A stretch of 64,000 bases of DNA, taken from assembly GCA_002269645.1 (NCBI GenBank), contig NIVC01000441.1, forward strand, positions 1 through 64,000, written 5' to 3'. Of the stretch, positions 31,090 to 43,050 are shown piece by piece (positions within the stretch are counted from its first letter, which is position 1; every line of letters begins with the position of its first letter). The notes below the pieces were generated by a model. That model was not told where the DNA came from. It did no database searches and worked only from the letters and a program-made list of their open reading frames with translations. The translations under genes and the position numbers were made by a program. This DNA is from Macrostomum lignano (taxonomy: Eukaryota).

Positions 31090-31880
31090 TCTATGATCTA
31101 ATGAGCTCATGACCGCATAATCCTACGAGTCTATGATCTAATGAGCTCATGACCGCATAATCCTATCAGTCTATGATCTAATGAGCTCATGACCGCATAA
31201 TCCTATCAGTCTATGATCTAATGAGCTCATGACCGCATAATCCTATCAGTCTATGATCTAATGAGCTCATGACCGCATAATCCTATCAGTCTATGATCTA
31301 ATGAGCTCATGACCGCATAATCCTATCAGTCTATGATCTAATGAGCTCATGACCGCATAATCCTATCAGTCTATGATCTAATGAGCTCATGACCGCATAA
31401 TCCTATCAGTCTATGATCTAATGAGCTCATGACCGCATAATCCTATCAGTCTATGATCTAATGAGCTCATGACCGCATAATCCTATCAGTCTATGATCTA
31501 ATGAGCTCATGACCGCATAATCCTATCAGTCTATGATCTAATGAGCTCATGACCGCATAATCCTATCAGTCTATGATCTAATGAGCTCATGACCGCATAA
31601 TCCTATCAGTCTATGATCTAATGAGCTCATGACCGCATAATCCTATCAGTCTATGATCTAATGAGCTCATGACCGCATAATCCTATCAGTCTATGATCTA
31701 ATGAGCTCATGACCGCATAATCCTATCAGTCTATGATCTAATGAGCTCATGACCGCATAATCCTATCAGTCTATGATCTAATGAGCTCATGACCGCATAA
31801 TCCTATCAGTCTATGATCTAATGAGCTGATGACCGCATAATCCTATCAGTCTATGATCTAATGAGCTCATGACCGCATAA
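31090..31880. repeat. 40 bp minisatellite CTATGATCTAATGAGCTCATGACCGCATAATCCTATCAGT
   Basis: About 19 near-perfect copies. Confidence 0.96.
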
Positions 31881-31976
31881 TATACATCATGAATGCAACA
31901 CAATTTGATAATTGTCAAGTCCCGATGAGCCAATGACCCGATGACGTCAGCACCCAGTGAGCAGAGAGCTGCCGCC

Positions 31977-32351
31977 TCAGCTGGAGTTCCAGTGCGAAGC
32001 AATCCCGTTCCTGATTTCGTCCATCGGCGGCGGTTTGGCCAGCACGTTGCCCTCCCAGATGAGGTGCATCTGGGAGCCGCCTTTGACGCTGTCGCTGTTG
32101 ACATTGCAGTGCTTTCGCTCCAGCCAAACTGCGAAGATGCCTTTGATGTGCACCGGCCGGTCCAGCACCTGAATGTTGTTGGACTTTCTGCCAGGGATAA
32201 ATAGAATCCCATTGTCATTGCTATTCGTCACCTGGTTGACCAGCTGGTAGTAGTAGGCCCTGGCGTACACTGGGCAGTGCTGCACAAACAGGCGGCCCTC
32301 CTTGCCGATGTCGCGAACCAGCGTGATGCCATCCTGAGGAGGTCCCGACAT
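31977..32351 (-). CDS. Terminal coding exon of an unidentified protein (DGITLVRDIGKEGRLFVQHCPVYARAYYYQLV...IFAVWLERKHC...HLIWEG...HWNSS*)
   Basis: Open for 124 codons with GC-rich third positions and globular-protein composition. The plus-strand shadow frame shows TAG TAG TAG opposite YYY, which supports the minus strand. Candidate acceptors are CCTCAG|GAT (exon start 32333) or CTACCAG|TCG (32370, which needs one frameshift in GGG). Family not recognised. Confidence 0.65.
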   Translation of the reverse strand: MSGPPQDGITLVRDIGKEGRLFVQHCPVYARAYYYQLVNQVTNSNDNGILFIPGRKSNNIQVLDRPVHIKGIFAVWLERKHCNVNSDSVKGGSQMHLIWEGNVLAKPPPMDEIRNGIASHWNSS

Positions 32352-32889
32352 GCTTGAACTTGTAGAGCGACTGGTAGGGTCGATTTGAATAAGTGGAATT
32401 TTTTCTTATAGAATTCTCATCGGGCAACGGCATTTAACCAAAGCGTTGAGCATTCGCAACTCGTGTTCTATGGAACAAAGTATGCTTTATTAATGGTATT
32501 TTCATAGAGCTTTTATTATCTAGATAGGCCACTTTGTATTGCGACCGATGTTTTTCGTCACTTGTGCAAAAAAGCCGACATGGGTTGCTTATATCTTGAT
32601 TTGAGTAGCTTGGGGACATAGAGGCTATTTTTTGAGAATTTGATAGATTTTCTCATGAATTTAAATAACAAGCTACTCAATCAAACTAAGAATGGTGCAT
32701 GCACAGCAGACTACTGACGAAATTGAGTTCAGTAGTTGATTTTCGCGCTGTCGCGAGTTGCAAATTTTTTTAACATTAACTTCTATGGCCACATAAGCGG
32801 TTAATGAGAGGCCAATCTTGGCCCATATATTAGGCAGAATGACAGATCGATTCTATTGATTGATTCTACTCTTACAACCACTAAGATAC

Positions 32890-33080
32890 AATAGATTAGC
32901 AATCCATTAGCTTGTTGGGTAGATTAGCAATCCATTATCCTGTTGGGTAGATTAGCAATCCCACTATTTTGTTGGATAGATTAGCAATCCATTATCCTGT
33001 TGGGTAGATTAGCAATCCCACTATTTTGTTGGATTGATTAGCCATCTATTAGCTTGTTGGATAGATTAGCAATCCATTGT
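32890..33080 (+). repeat. Short, degenerate array of the GTTGGNTAGATTAGCAATCC core family
   Basis: 6-7 copies, ~29-30 bp. Confidence 0.9.
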
Positions 33081-33192
33081 ATACTCATAATTTTAATACA
33101 GGTACGAATAATCAACAAAATGCTAATTTTGCTAGGCTTAATTCTTACAAAGTCGAGTCTCGGAAAGCCGTCTTCTGTTTTTCCTGTCGCAG

Positions 33193-33267
33193 TTGTTGTG
33201 GGATTCGGTGCAACAGCTGGCGGTGCACTTCAACTTGGCGGCGAGCTGTGGGCACCAGCCCTATACC
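33193..33267 (+). CDS. Possible orphan 75-nt exon (LLWDSVQQLAVHFNLAASCGHQPYT)
   Basis: Acceptor TCTTCTGTTTTTCCTGTCGCAG|, donor ACC|GTAAGT, 21 of 25 codons end in G/C. No partner exons found, and a minus-strand reading cannot be excluded. Confidence 0.3.
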
Positions 33268-33511
33268 GTAAGTGCCTCAGGCAGCCAGCTGCACCAGGGT
33301 CAACTGTCCGCCTGCAGCATCCCAGGGCTGAAGGTTGTATGGCACTGACGGAATCTTCAGCTGAGCCAACCAATTATTTGTCTGAGACGGGCCTTGTGAA
33401 TGTGCGCCCGGGGTTTTAGCACTGTACATGTTTCTTGTGCATGCGGTGCTGACAGACAGGGAACAAGAGAGATGGAAACAGAGTGTAGGTCTGGGTACTG
33501 CATGCATTATA

Positions 33512-33965
<454 letters not shown>

Positions 33966-34399
33966 GATACGATCCTCTGGCCTGATGTAGCCTGAAGACA
34001 GCTAATGGATTTTCTAACATTACGAGAGCACTGTCGCATGTTTCAATTTCCTTGGCCTCCCGCTTGGACCGAAAATTAATGCTCAAGCTCGACTATGCCT
34101 GCAATTGCTGATTTCCAATTACAACGTAGAAGCGTAGATGAAAAAGCATTAATTAGTCGCTTCGTTTAAGCCTGCTGAAAACAGCGCCCCTGGCCATTTT
34201 ATGCAATCTCATATAATTGGAACGAGATTGAGATGAGAAACTGGGCTGCTTGAGTAATTGCTGTCATTATCGATCAATCTTAAAATACGAGCATAGCGCT
34301 ACAGACATACCTTCAGCTCTTCCCATGTGGGTTGGAAGTTGAAAAGATTAGAAAGTTATTCGAATGTAGATTAGAAGTTAGAAGGTACGAGCTAGAGGA

Positions 34400-34765
34400 A
34401 GATTGGAAGGTATGAGATTGGAAGGTATGAGATTGGAAGGTATGAGATTGGAAGGTATGAGATTGGAAGGTATGAGATTGGAAGGTATGAGATTGGAAGG
34501 TATGAGATTGGAAGGTATGAGATTGGAAGGTATGAGATTGGAAGGTATGAGATTGGAAGGTATGAGATTGGAAGGTATGAGATTGGAAGATATGAGATTG
34601 GAAGGTATGAGATTGGATGGTATGAGATTGGAAGGTATGAGATTGGAAGGTATGAGATTGGAAGGTATGAGATTGGAAGATTTGAGATTGGAAGGTATGA
34701 GATTGGAATGTATGAGATTGGAAGGTATGAGATTGGAATGTATGAGATTGGAAGGTATGAGATTA
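34400..34765. repeat. 15 bp minisatellite GAAGGTATGAGATTG
   Basis: About 24 copies. Confidence 0.97.
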
Positions 34766-35164
34766 AACGGTGAGGCGAGATTGCATGGTAAATATTTGAG
34801 ATTCTTTTGTTAGTGGCGTGGGTCTGGCACCTCAAATTACAGCACTTTGTAAAGCATACATTTTTTTGGCCTTGCTACAGAAAAAACAAGATGAATTTTA
34901 TTGTCACAATCTAGCTCATATATAATTAATTTACAGACAATTACAAACTGTTACAGGTACGCTCGTACAACTTCGATACTTTTGTTAAAGTGCAAGGCCA
35001 AAAAAGTGTCCTCGAAAGGGGGAGTAGGGATCCACCGGGACTTGCGGAATGAATGAAAAAGCAATACTAATTAGTAATACTAACAGCAATAACACTAACA
35101 ATAAATACTGTGATTGCGGTTGGATAGAAAATCTCTCAGCCTGTCTGATCCACTGTAACTTGGT

Positions 35165-35580
35165 TGTGACCTGCTTTTTCTGACTAATTATGACCTTCGT
35201 GACCTACCGTGTCCTTTTGTGACCTACTATGACCTTTTGTGACCTACTGTGACCTTTGTGACCTACTGTGACCTTTGGACCTACTGTGACCTTTTGTGAC
35301 CTACTGTGACCTTTTGTGACCTACTGTGACCTTTTGTGACCTACTGTGACCTTTTGCGACCTACTGTGACCTTTTGTGACCTACTGTGACCTTTTGTGAC
35401 CTACTGTGACCTTTTGTGACCTACTCTAACCTAGAATGACCTACTGTGACCTAACATGACCTTGTCTAATCTTCCTGGACCTACTGTGACATGGAATGAC
35501 CTAGCAGCCATACTATCGTTTAAACTTGTCCAACCTAGCCTGACCTATCTATGATAAACTGTGACCTACCTTGACTAAGT
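35165..35580. repeat. 20 bp minisatellite GTGACCTTTTGTGACCTACT with degenerate flanks
   Basis: Direct; ends about 25 bp from the Ly6-like stop codon. Confidence 0.9.
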
Positions 35581-35605
35581 CTGGCCTAGCATGAGCCACT
35601 CTAAA

Positions 35606-36346
35606 CTAGCTCAGACCTAAATACTGAACAGAGCGCTCAGACCCAGCGGAGAGTGCGCACAACAGAAAGACAGTCAGCCAATAGGATGGTCTGCTTGGAT
35701 GACTCCCACCAGACCGGTTGTCGTCCGACAGATTTTCCACCTCGGCAGCCACCGGCGCCGCTGTCGGACTCTCGACGCTGCAGAAGTCGCCGTCCCGGCA
35801 GCAGCGATAAGTCGCGTTCAGCAGCAGTACCGTGTCGATCAGCCGGCCGTCAGCATCCGTGATGTTGTGCCAAGTCACCTTGCCATACTCGCAGCTGGAC
35901 GCGGCTGTCCCGCAGGCCTCCTGGCACCGTCTTGAGATCCGCCAAGCTGTCAGGAGCTCCAGTTGAGCCACGGCATTGTTGTTCAGCCCGGAGGCCGCTC
36001 GCAGCAGGTCGTTCTCATCCTGCGTAGCCGGCGAGCCCGCCGGGGGAGCGACGGCGCACAGCAGCAGCCGGCTGCCGTCCAGGTAACTCTTGAAGTCCAC
36101 ACAGAAACTGCAACCATCGGCGGTAGCCCAGCTGCTGGACGAAGCCGAAGTGATGTTGACCGGGCACTTCAGGCTCCAAGCAGCGGGCCCGGCTGTGGCC
36201 AAAGAGGCAACCGCTGCACCCGCTAGAAGCAGAAGACACGCTTGCGCCACGGCTCGACTGAGGCTGCAATTTAAGCAACTTTTTGGAGATGGGGGTGTTT
36301 CGTGTGCTTTGGCGTGTGGCCAAACATCCCTCATTTTTGCTGTCAT
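35606..36346 (-). CDS. Ly6/uPAR (three-finger, LU-domain)-like secreted, probably GPI-anchored protein, 246 aa
   Basis: Uninterrupted GC-rich ORF. Hydrophobic leader (AVAQACLLLLAGAAVASLATAG), domain opening LKC, 10 Cys in the mature domain ending CCRDGDFC, N-glycosylation sequons NIT/NIT/NAT/NLS/NRS, Ser/Gly linker and hydrophobic tail YWLTVFLLCAL. This matches the established LU-domain layout. The true start codon is uncertain. Confidence 0.72.
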   Translation of the reverse strand: MTAKMRDVWPHAKAHETPPSPKSCLNCSLSRAVAQACLLLLAGAAVASLATAGPAAWSLKCPVNITSASSSSWATADGCSFCVDFKSYLDGSRLLLCAVAPPAGSPATQDENDLLRAASGLNNNAVAQLELLTAWRISRRCQEACGTAASSCEYGKVTWHNITDADGRLIDTVLLLNATYRCCRDGDFCSVESPTAAPVAAEVENLSDDNRSGGSHPSRPSYWLTVFLLCALSAGSERSVQYLGLS

Positions 36347-36354
36347 CAGTCAAC

Positions 36355-37225
36355 CTGGGGTCAAGCTCCATGGGTCAAGATGCCCTCTCCATGGTTCAAG
36401 ATGCCCTTTCAATGAGTCAAGATGCCCTCTCCATGGTTCAAGATGTCCTCTCCTGGGTCATGATCCCATGGGTCAAGATGCGTGGGTCAAGATGCCATGG
36501 GTCAAGATGCCCTCTCCATGGGGTCAAGATGCCCTTTCCATGGGGTCAAGATGCCCTTTCCATGGGGTCAAGATGCCCTTTCCATGGGTCATGATCCCAT
36601 GGGTCAAGATGCGTGGGTCAAGATGCCATGGGTCAAGATGCCATGGGTCAAGATGCGTGGGTCAAGATGCCCTCTCCATGGGGTCAAGATGCCCTTTCCA
36701 TGGGTCATGATTCCATGGGTCAAGATGCGTGGGTCAAGATGCCATGGGTCAAGATGCCCTTTCCATGGGTCATGATCCCATGGGTCAAGACGCCATGGGT
36801 CAAGATGCAATGGGTCAAGATGCCCTCTCCATGGGTCAAGATGCCCTCTCCATCGGTCAAGATGCCCTCTCCATCGGTCAAGATGCCCTCTCCATGGGTC
36901 AAGATTGCTCTCTACATGGGTCAAGATTGCCCTCTCCATGGGTCAAGATGCCCTCTCCATGGGTCAGATTGCCTTCTCCATGGGTCAAGATTGCCCTCTA
37001 CATGGGTCAAGATTGCCCTCTCCATGGGTCAAGATGCTCTCTTCATGGGTCAAGATGCTCTCTCCATGAGTCAAGATGCTCTCTCCATGAGTCAAGATGC
37101 CCTCTCCATGGGTCAAGATTGCCCTCTCCATGGGTCAAGATGCTCTCTCCATGGGTCAAGATGCCCCTCTCCATGGGTCAAGATGCTCTCTCCGTGGGTC
37201 AAGATGCCCTCTCCATGTGTCAAGA
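36355..37225. repeat. Mosaic 15-22 bp minisatellite built on CATGGGTCAAGATGCCCTCTC
   Basis: Direct; begins about 10 bp upstream of the first Ly6-like ATG. Confidence 0.95.
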
Positions 37226-38034
37226 ATCCATCGCATAAGGTCAATATCTTCTCTTCAAAATCTTATCTCTGTTCTGGGGTCAGCCAGCCATCTTAAGTGA
37301 AATTTCCGCCAAGATGGTCATTCCCGATCAACCGAAATGAAAAAAGTCGAGAAAAAGTTTTTGACCCCATGGACAAAGAGTTTCTAGAGAGAAAATTTGC
37401 ATCCAAACGGTTTTCAGACTAATCTAGTTTGTTTTTGGTTCGTGTTGAAATGATAAAACCTCTGACCCGACTGCCCGCAGCTGGGGATATCTGAATTGGA
37501 TTATAGATTGCAGGGCTCTGGAATCTGTCAATCACTCCTATGGAGAGACCGGAGAGCTAAGAAGTCAGCAGGGCAGAAGCAAATATACAGAAGGACATCC
37601 TTCGCTGAGATACTCGTAGAATGATCGAGAAGTGGCCAACTTTATTCTATAAAAATCAAAATATATCTGCGATGTAATTTCATATATGGAATATGCTGGG
37701 GTATACATATGCTACACATATATTATATATCATACATATTGAAATTCTATATGCTTTAGTGAGAAAACCTACACTTCGACGGGGGACAGACTTATCGTTC
37801 AGGCCTGAGACTGGAAGAGCTGACAGGTTGACAGATTGACCTACTAGTAAAAACGCTTAAATCAAAAGAAATCTGATAGCTGAGATAAAGGTGCACAGCT
37901 GGTCCATATTTGGGTTTTGGAAAGATTAGCGAGCTAAGTAGGGGCGGAACTAACGAGGTCGGATCGAATATACCGACATGTATAGAAATAAAATAGTTAA
38001 GGGCGAGATCGGATACAGGGAGAGTCAGGGGTGA

Positions 38035-38770
38035 GGTGAGAGGGGAGAGATGTGAGGGGAGAGATGTGAGGGATGAGATGTGAGGGGAGAGATGTGAGGG
38101 ATGAGATGTGAGGGGAGAGATGTGAGGGATGAGATGTGAGGGGAGAGATGTGAGGGATGAGATGTGAGGGGAGAGATGTGAGGGATGAGATGTGAGGGAT
38201 GAGATGTGAGGGGAGAGATGTGAGGGATGAGATGTGAGGGGAGAGATGTGAGGGATGAGATGTGAGGGGAGAGATGTGAGAGGAGAGATTTGAGGGGAGA
38301 GATGTGAGGGGAGAGATGTGAGGGGAGAGATGTGAGGGATGAGATGTGAGGGATGAGATGTGAGGGGAGAGATGTGAGAGAGATATGACGGGAGAGATCT
38401 CAGGGGAGAGATGTGAGGGGAAAGATACGAGGGGAGAGATGTGAGGGATGAGATGTGAGAGAGATATGACGGGAGAGATCTCAGGGGAGAGATGTGAGGG
38501 GAAAGATACGAGGGGAGAGATGTGAGGGATGAGATGTGAGGGGAGAGATGTGAGAGAGATATGACGGGAGAGATCTCAGGGGAGAGATATGAGGGGAAAG
38601 ATACGAAGGGAGAGATGTGAGGGGAGAGATGTGAGGGGAGAGATGTGAGGGGAGAGATGTGAGAAGTGAGATTTGAGGGGAGAGATTTGAGGAGAGAGAT
38701 GTTAGGGGAGAGATGTGAGAGAAGAGATGTGAGAGAAGAGATGTGAGAGAAGAATGTGAGGGGAGATGAG
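38035..38770. repeat. Purine-rich 14 bp minisatellite GAGATGTGAGGG(GA/AT)
   Basis: Direct. Confidence 0.95.
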
Positions 38771-40342
38771 GGGAGAGAATGGCGACAGAGAGGGGGGAGG
38801 CAGGACAGGGAAAGGTGAGGGACAGGCGATCAGCCCAGCAGAGGTTGGCCAGGAGAGGAATTTGGCTGCCTGCCAGAAAAAGAGACCAACCGAATCAGTT
38901 TTCAGCACTCGAGTACGGCTGCTGCTGACAAGCAGGCTAGCAGGGCACTTGTAGGGCTAGTCTCATGCTGCACAAACGTACCGTCCTAATGATCGCACGT
39001 GCTTTTCAGACTACGCGGAACTAAACAAATTATCGGAGCGTGTAATCAGGCTGTTGTAACAGAAACCTGAAGCCATACGCGGGGCGTGTCCTCAGCACGG
39101 AGAAGTTGAGGAAGGGGGTCAGTTGAGTCACACAGACTCAGAACTTGCACTCTCAATAGGGAGAGCATTTGAGAGAAGAGAAGAATGACTCAGTGAAAGT
39201 TTCTAAATCTTCCTTGTGTCTTGTGTGTTTTTGCTTAAATTAATAAATAGCCGTTTAAACCCGGAATGTTTAAAGCAAGGACCACTAGAAGAAGAGTCCT
39301 TGGTTAAAAGCTTCTTGGCTGGCTGGACAGGATTAGCAGTTTCAGTTGAATAGTATTGGACTCACCCGCTTGAGCTGCCACAGTGAGCAGCCCTGGCAGC
39401 AGGCATTAGTGTCTGTATTTTTTCAATCGTTCCTACTTGAGCTAGTCCTGAGCTGTTTAACTAATCGAACTCGCAGACTAGAGAGAAAAGAAGTTCTCAA
39501 GCAAAATTAGTAGTTGATGAAGCGAAAAGAAGGGATAAATAAATCGTTGCTCGCGCTGTTCAGTGTCTTTTTTAGAGAGGCTTCTGATATACGCCAGTGC
39601 ATGCCCCACTTCTGGCCCACTGCGTACACTGGCCCGGACACAGCCAATGGGAGATGGGCTGTGTCGACCAATGCTATAATTACAGGCCATGGGACTTTGA
39701 TGCAAGGAGTTCTAGGACTAAAGATTGAAGTGTAACATGACCCTCAACAAAGAAAATGCAGGGGTCATGAGCCTCTGGGAGATTTTCAGACTCTCACGGA
39801 TGCCCCTCCCTGACCTATTGGCTTTGAATTGACATTAAAGCCTGAAGAGCTTTCAAATGATTCTTGTAGGTCAAGTTTGCATAAGTAAATCTTAGCTCTT
39901 AACCATGCGGCATGGCGTCGGTTGCTTGCATATCGAATGCTGACTCACCCAGTATAACTCCCAGCCGCTTTCAGCCTCTCCGCTCCATCAATCTTTCTCC
40001 TATATAAATCCGAGCACAAATCGTAAACATTTTGCAAGCTCGGTCTGTCCTTGCCCAAATTCTATATTGCTAATTCCCTGCTTGCACAGATAAAAGAACA
40101 AATGACAAAGCTTCTGATTGCTTGCGCCATTTGTATGCTGCATCCAAAAACTGCTGGGAACAGGAAGACAGAAGCAAGCATTTAGCATTTGAGATAACAA
40201 ATCGGATATATTTACAATGCATTGGTTTCCTTATAATTTCTTCCGGTAGAAGAAGGAGGCACGCATAACGCTGGCTGCCAAGATATTTCAGCTTTTGTGC
40301 AAAATTAAGAAATTTCGAAAACCATTCGAGAAGGCGTTATAC

Positions 40343-41146
40343 CAGGGGTCGGTCAACTTTTTACCTCATTTAAAAAGGTAAATATTACCTATAGGAGAGG
40401 AGAGGAGAGGAGAGAGAGGAGAGGAGAGGAGAGGAGAGGAGAGGAGAGGAGAGGAGAGGAGAGGGGAGAGAGGAGAGGAGAGGAGGGGAGAGGAGAGGAG
40501 AGGAGAGGAGAGAGGGAGAGAGGAGAGGAGAGGAGAGAGGGGAGAGGAGAGGAGAGGAGAGGAGAGGAGAGGAGAGGAGAGGAGAGGAGAGGAGAGGAGA
40601 GGAGAGGAGAGGAGAGGAGAGGGGAGAGAGGAGAGGAGAGGAGGGGAGAGGAGAGGAGAGGAGAGGAGAGAGGGGAGAGAGGAGAGGAGAGGAGAGAGGG
40701 GAGAGGAGAGGAGAGGAGAGGAGAGGAGAGGAGAGGAGAGGAGAGGAGAGGAGAGGAGAGGAGAGGAGAGGAGAGGAGAGGAGAGGAGAGGAGAGGAGAG
40801 GAGAGGAGAGGAGAGGAGAGGAGAGGAGAGGAGAGGAGAGGAGAGGAGAGGAGAGGAGAGGAGAGGTGAGGAGAGGAGAGGAGAGGTGAGGAGAGGAGAG
40901 GAGAGGAGAGGAGAGGAGAGGAGAGGAGAGGAGAGGAGAGGAGAGGAGAGGAGAGGAGAGGAGAGGAGAGGAGAGGAGAGGAGAGGAGAGGAGAGGAGAG
41001 GAGAGGTGAGGAGAGGAGAGGAGAGGAGAGGAGAGGAGAGGAGAGGAGAGGAGAGGAGAGGAGAGAGAGGGGAGAGAGGAGAGAGGGCCGGATAGAGAGG
41101 CTTTGCGGGCCGCATGTGGCCCACGGGCCGGAGTTCGCAGACCCTG
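40343..41146. mobile_element. Non-autonomous hAT (Charlie/Buster-like) element with an internal (GGAGA)n expansion
   Basis: Left end CAGGGGTCGGTCAAC. Right end GCGGGCCGCATGTGGCCCACGGGCCGGAGTTCGCAGACCCTG is the subterminal GGCCCGCGGGCC-type motif typical of Charlie/Buster ends. Flanking 8-mers CGTTATAC and CGGTATAT match 6/8 and both have a central TA, consistent with an nnnTAnnn TSD. Confidence 0.65.
40395..41095. repeat. (GGAGA)n pentanucleotide microsatellite
   Basis: Direct. Confidence 0.98.
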
Positions 41147-41844
41147 CGGTATATTATTAATAAAGCGTTTAATTATAATTTATATGTAGTATTCTTAGAA
41201 ACAATAATAATTGTGAGCCAGAAACTCAACACAGAAATTGAATAGGAGAAGTTCGAATTTAGTATTTCCATAATCGAGTAAGCTATAATATAATATACAG
41301 TGACTCTCTACACAGTCAGAATATCTAAAAGTCTTTAAGCATTCGCTACACAGTGCAGTCGAACTTCTGGCATATACGCAGTTTCTCACAGATATTGACA
41401 AGCAGATGCTTATCGCTGAGCCACTGCTGAAAGCAGCGCAAAAATTGAAGTATGCATTAAGTGATGACAGGATCGTGGCAATTACTCGTATTAATTTTTG
41501 TTTCTCGCTAAAAACACAACATTTCTGTACGCATTGGCTGTATAGATATTCTGAAGATGAAGTGGTCTAGATAAAAAATAGCTGATTAAATCTCTCTTTT
41601 GGTAGATTTCTGATTTTTTTAATTCAAACTGCTAGAAGAAGATACGAGCCAGCAGCATTTCTAGTTGCAGCTTGATAAACTCGAATATGCGAGATTGCAG
41701 CTTGAAAAATAAACATTTGCTTTTCATGCCGACGTGGCCTAAAGGAGCAAATGACTTGTGAAAATGTTTGGCAGAAATTTTCTACATGCACACAAGAGCT
41801 GTTGTACCGACTGCCGACAGGTATGCAGGTATGCAGGTACATCT

Positions 41845-42172
41845 ACAGACAGCATGCTCACAGACAGCATGCTTACAGACAGCATGCTCACAGACAGCAT
41901 GCTTACAGACAGCATACTTACAGACAGCATACTCACAGATAGCATACTTACAGACAGCATACTTACAGACAGCATGCTTACAGACAGCATGCTTACAGAC
42001 AGCATGCTCACAGACAGCATACTTACAGACAGCATACTTACAGACAGCATGCTTACAGACAGCATGCTTACAGACAGCATGCTTACAGACAGCATGCTCA
42101 CAGACAGCATACTTACAGACAGCATACTTACAGACAGCATGCTTACAGACAGCATGCTTACAGACAGCATAT
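41845..42172. repeat. 15 bp minisatellite AGCAT(G/A)CT(T/C)ACAGAC
   Basis: About 22 copies. Confidence 0.96.
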
Positions 42173-42502
42173 TTACAATCGAATATCTTACATGAATATG
42201 GGTGCCAACACTTAAAAGTACACAACAATCACCCAGACTGGATATGAATATATCGGGATGACTGACTAACCCCAAATGAAGCTAATAAAGTAACTCAGTC
42301 AAGGACTCAAGGAAGTCTCTCGACTTAAGCTTTGGAGTGCTTGGGAGGCTGAGCTAGCATCGATTTGGTGCAGCTCACCACATCATGCTGTTCATCAGTG
42401 CTACTCGCGCTTGAACTGAGCCTGCTTTGTTTGCTGTTTTCCTTCGCATCTTCGGATTTTTTTATATAAATTAAGTATATAACGCAGATACGCAGCCTAC
42501 AT

Positions 42503-43050
42503 GTCAGTAGTAGCCACAACCCCTCCCTGATAACCCAAGAGGACAAGAAGCGGACTGTCAGTAGCCACAACCCCTCCCTGATAACCCAAGAGGACAAGAA
42601 GCGGACTGTCAGTAGCCACAACCCCTCCCTGATAACCCAAGAGGACAAGAAGCGGACTGTCAGTAGCCACAACCCCTCCCTGATAACCCAAGAGGACAAG
42701 AAGCGGACTGTCAGTAGCCACAACCCCTCCCTGATACCCCAAGAGGACAAGAAGCGGGGTGTCAGGAGCCTCAACCGCCTCCCTGATAACCCAAGAGGAC
42801 AAGCGGGGTGTCAGGAGCCACAAACGCCTCCCTGATAACTCAAGAGGACAAGCGGGCTGTCAGGAGCCTTAACCGCCTCCCTGATAACCCAAGAGGGCTG
42901 TCCCGGAGGGGACACAGCGGGAAGGCGCGGGCACCCATTTCGCTAAATAACCCAAGAGGACAAGCGGGGTGTCAGGAGCCACAACCGCCTCCCTGATAAC
43001 CCAAGAAGACAAGCGGGGTGTCAGTAGATACAACTCCTTTTTGATAGCCA
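42503..43050. repeat. 49-51 bp minisatellite GTCAGTAGCCACAACCCCTCCCTGATAACCCAAGAGGACAAGAAGCGGACT, diverging rightwards
   Basis: 4-5 perfect copies followed by about 5 diverged copies. Confidence 0.93.

Noticed and set aside
35653-36710. Plus-strand ORFs overlapping the Ly6-like gene and the CATGGGTCAAG array
   Set aside because: Antisense shadows and repeat translations.
39478-39735. Possible exon (minus frame PRTPCIKVPWPVIIALVDTAHLPLAVSGPVYAVGQKWG)
   Set aside because: Open frames exist on both strands, codon bias is weak, there is no convincing donor and no recognisable motif.
42379-42496. Minus-strand exon candidate ending DEQHDV|GTGAGC
   Set aside because: The donor is good but the upstream part is AT-rich with no credible acceptor, and phases do not join other candidates.
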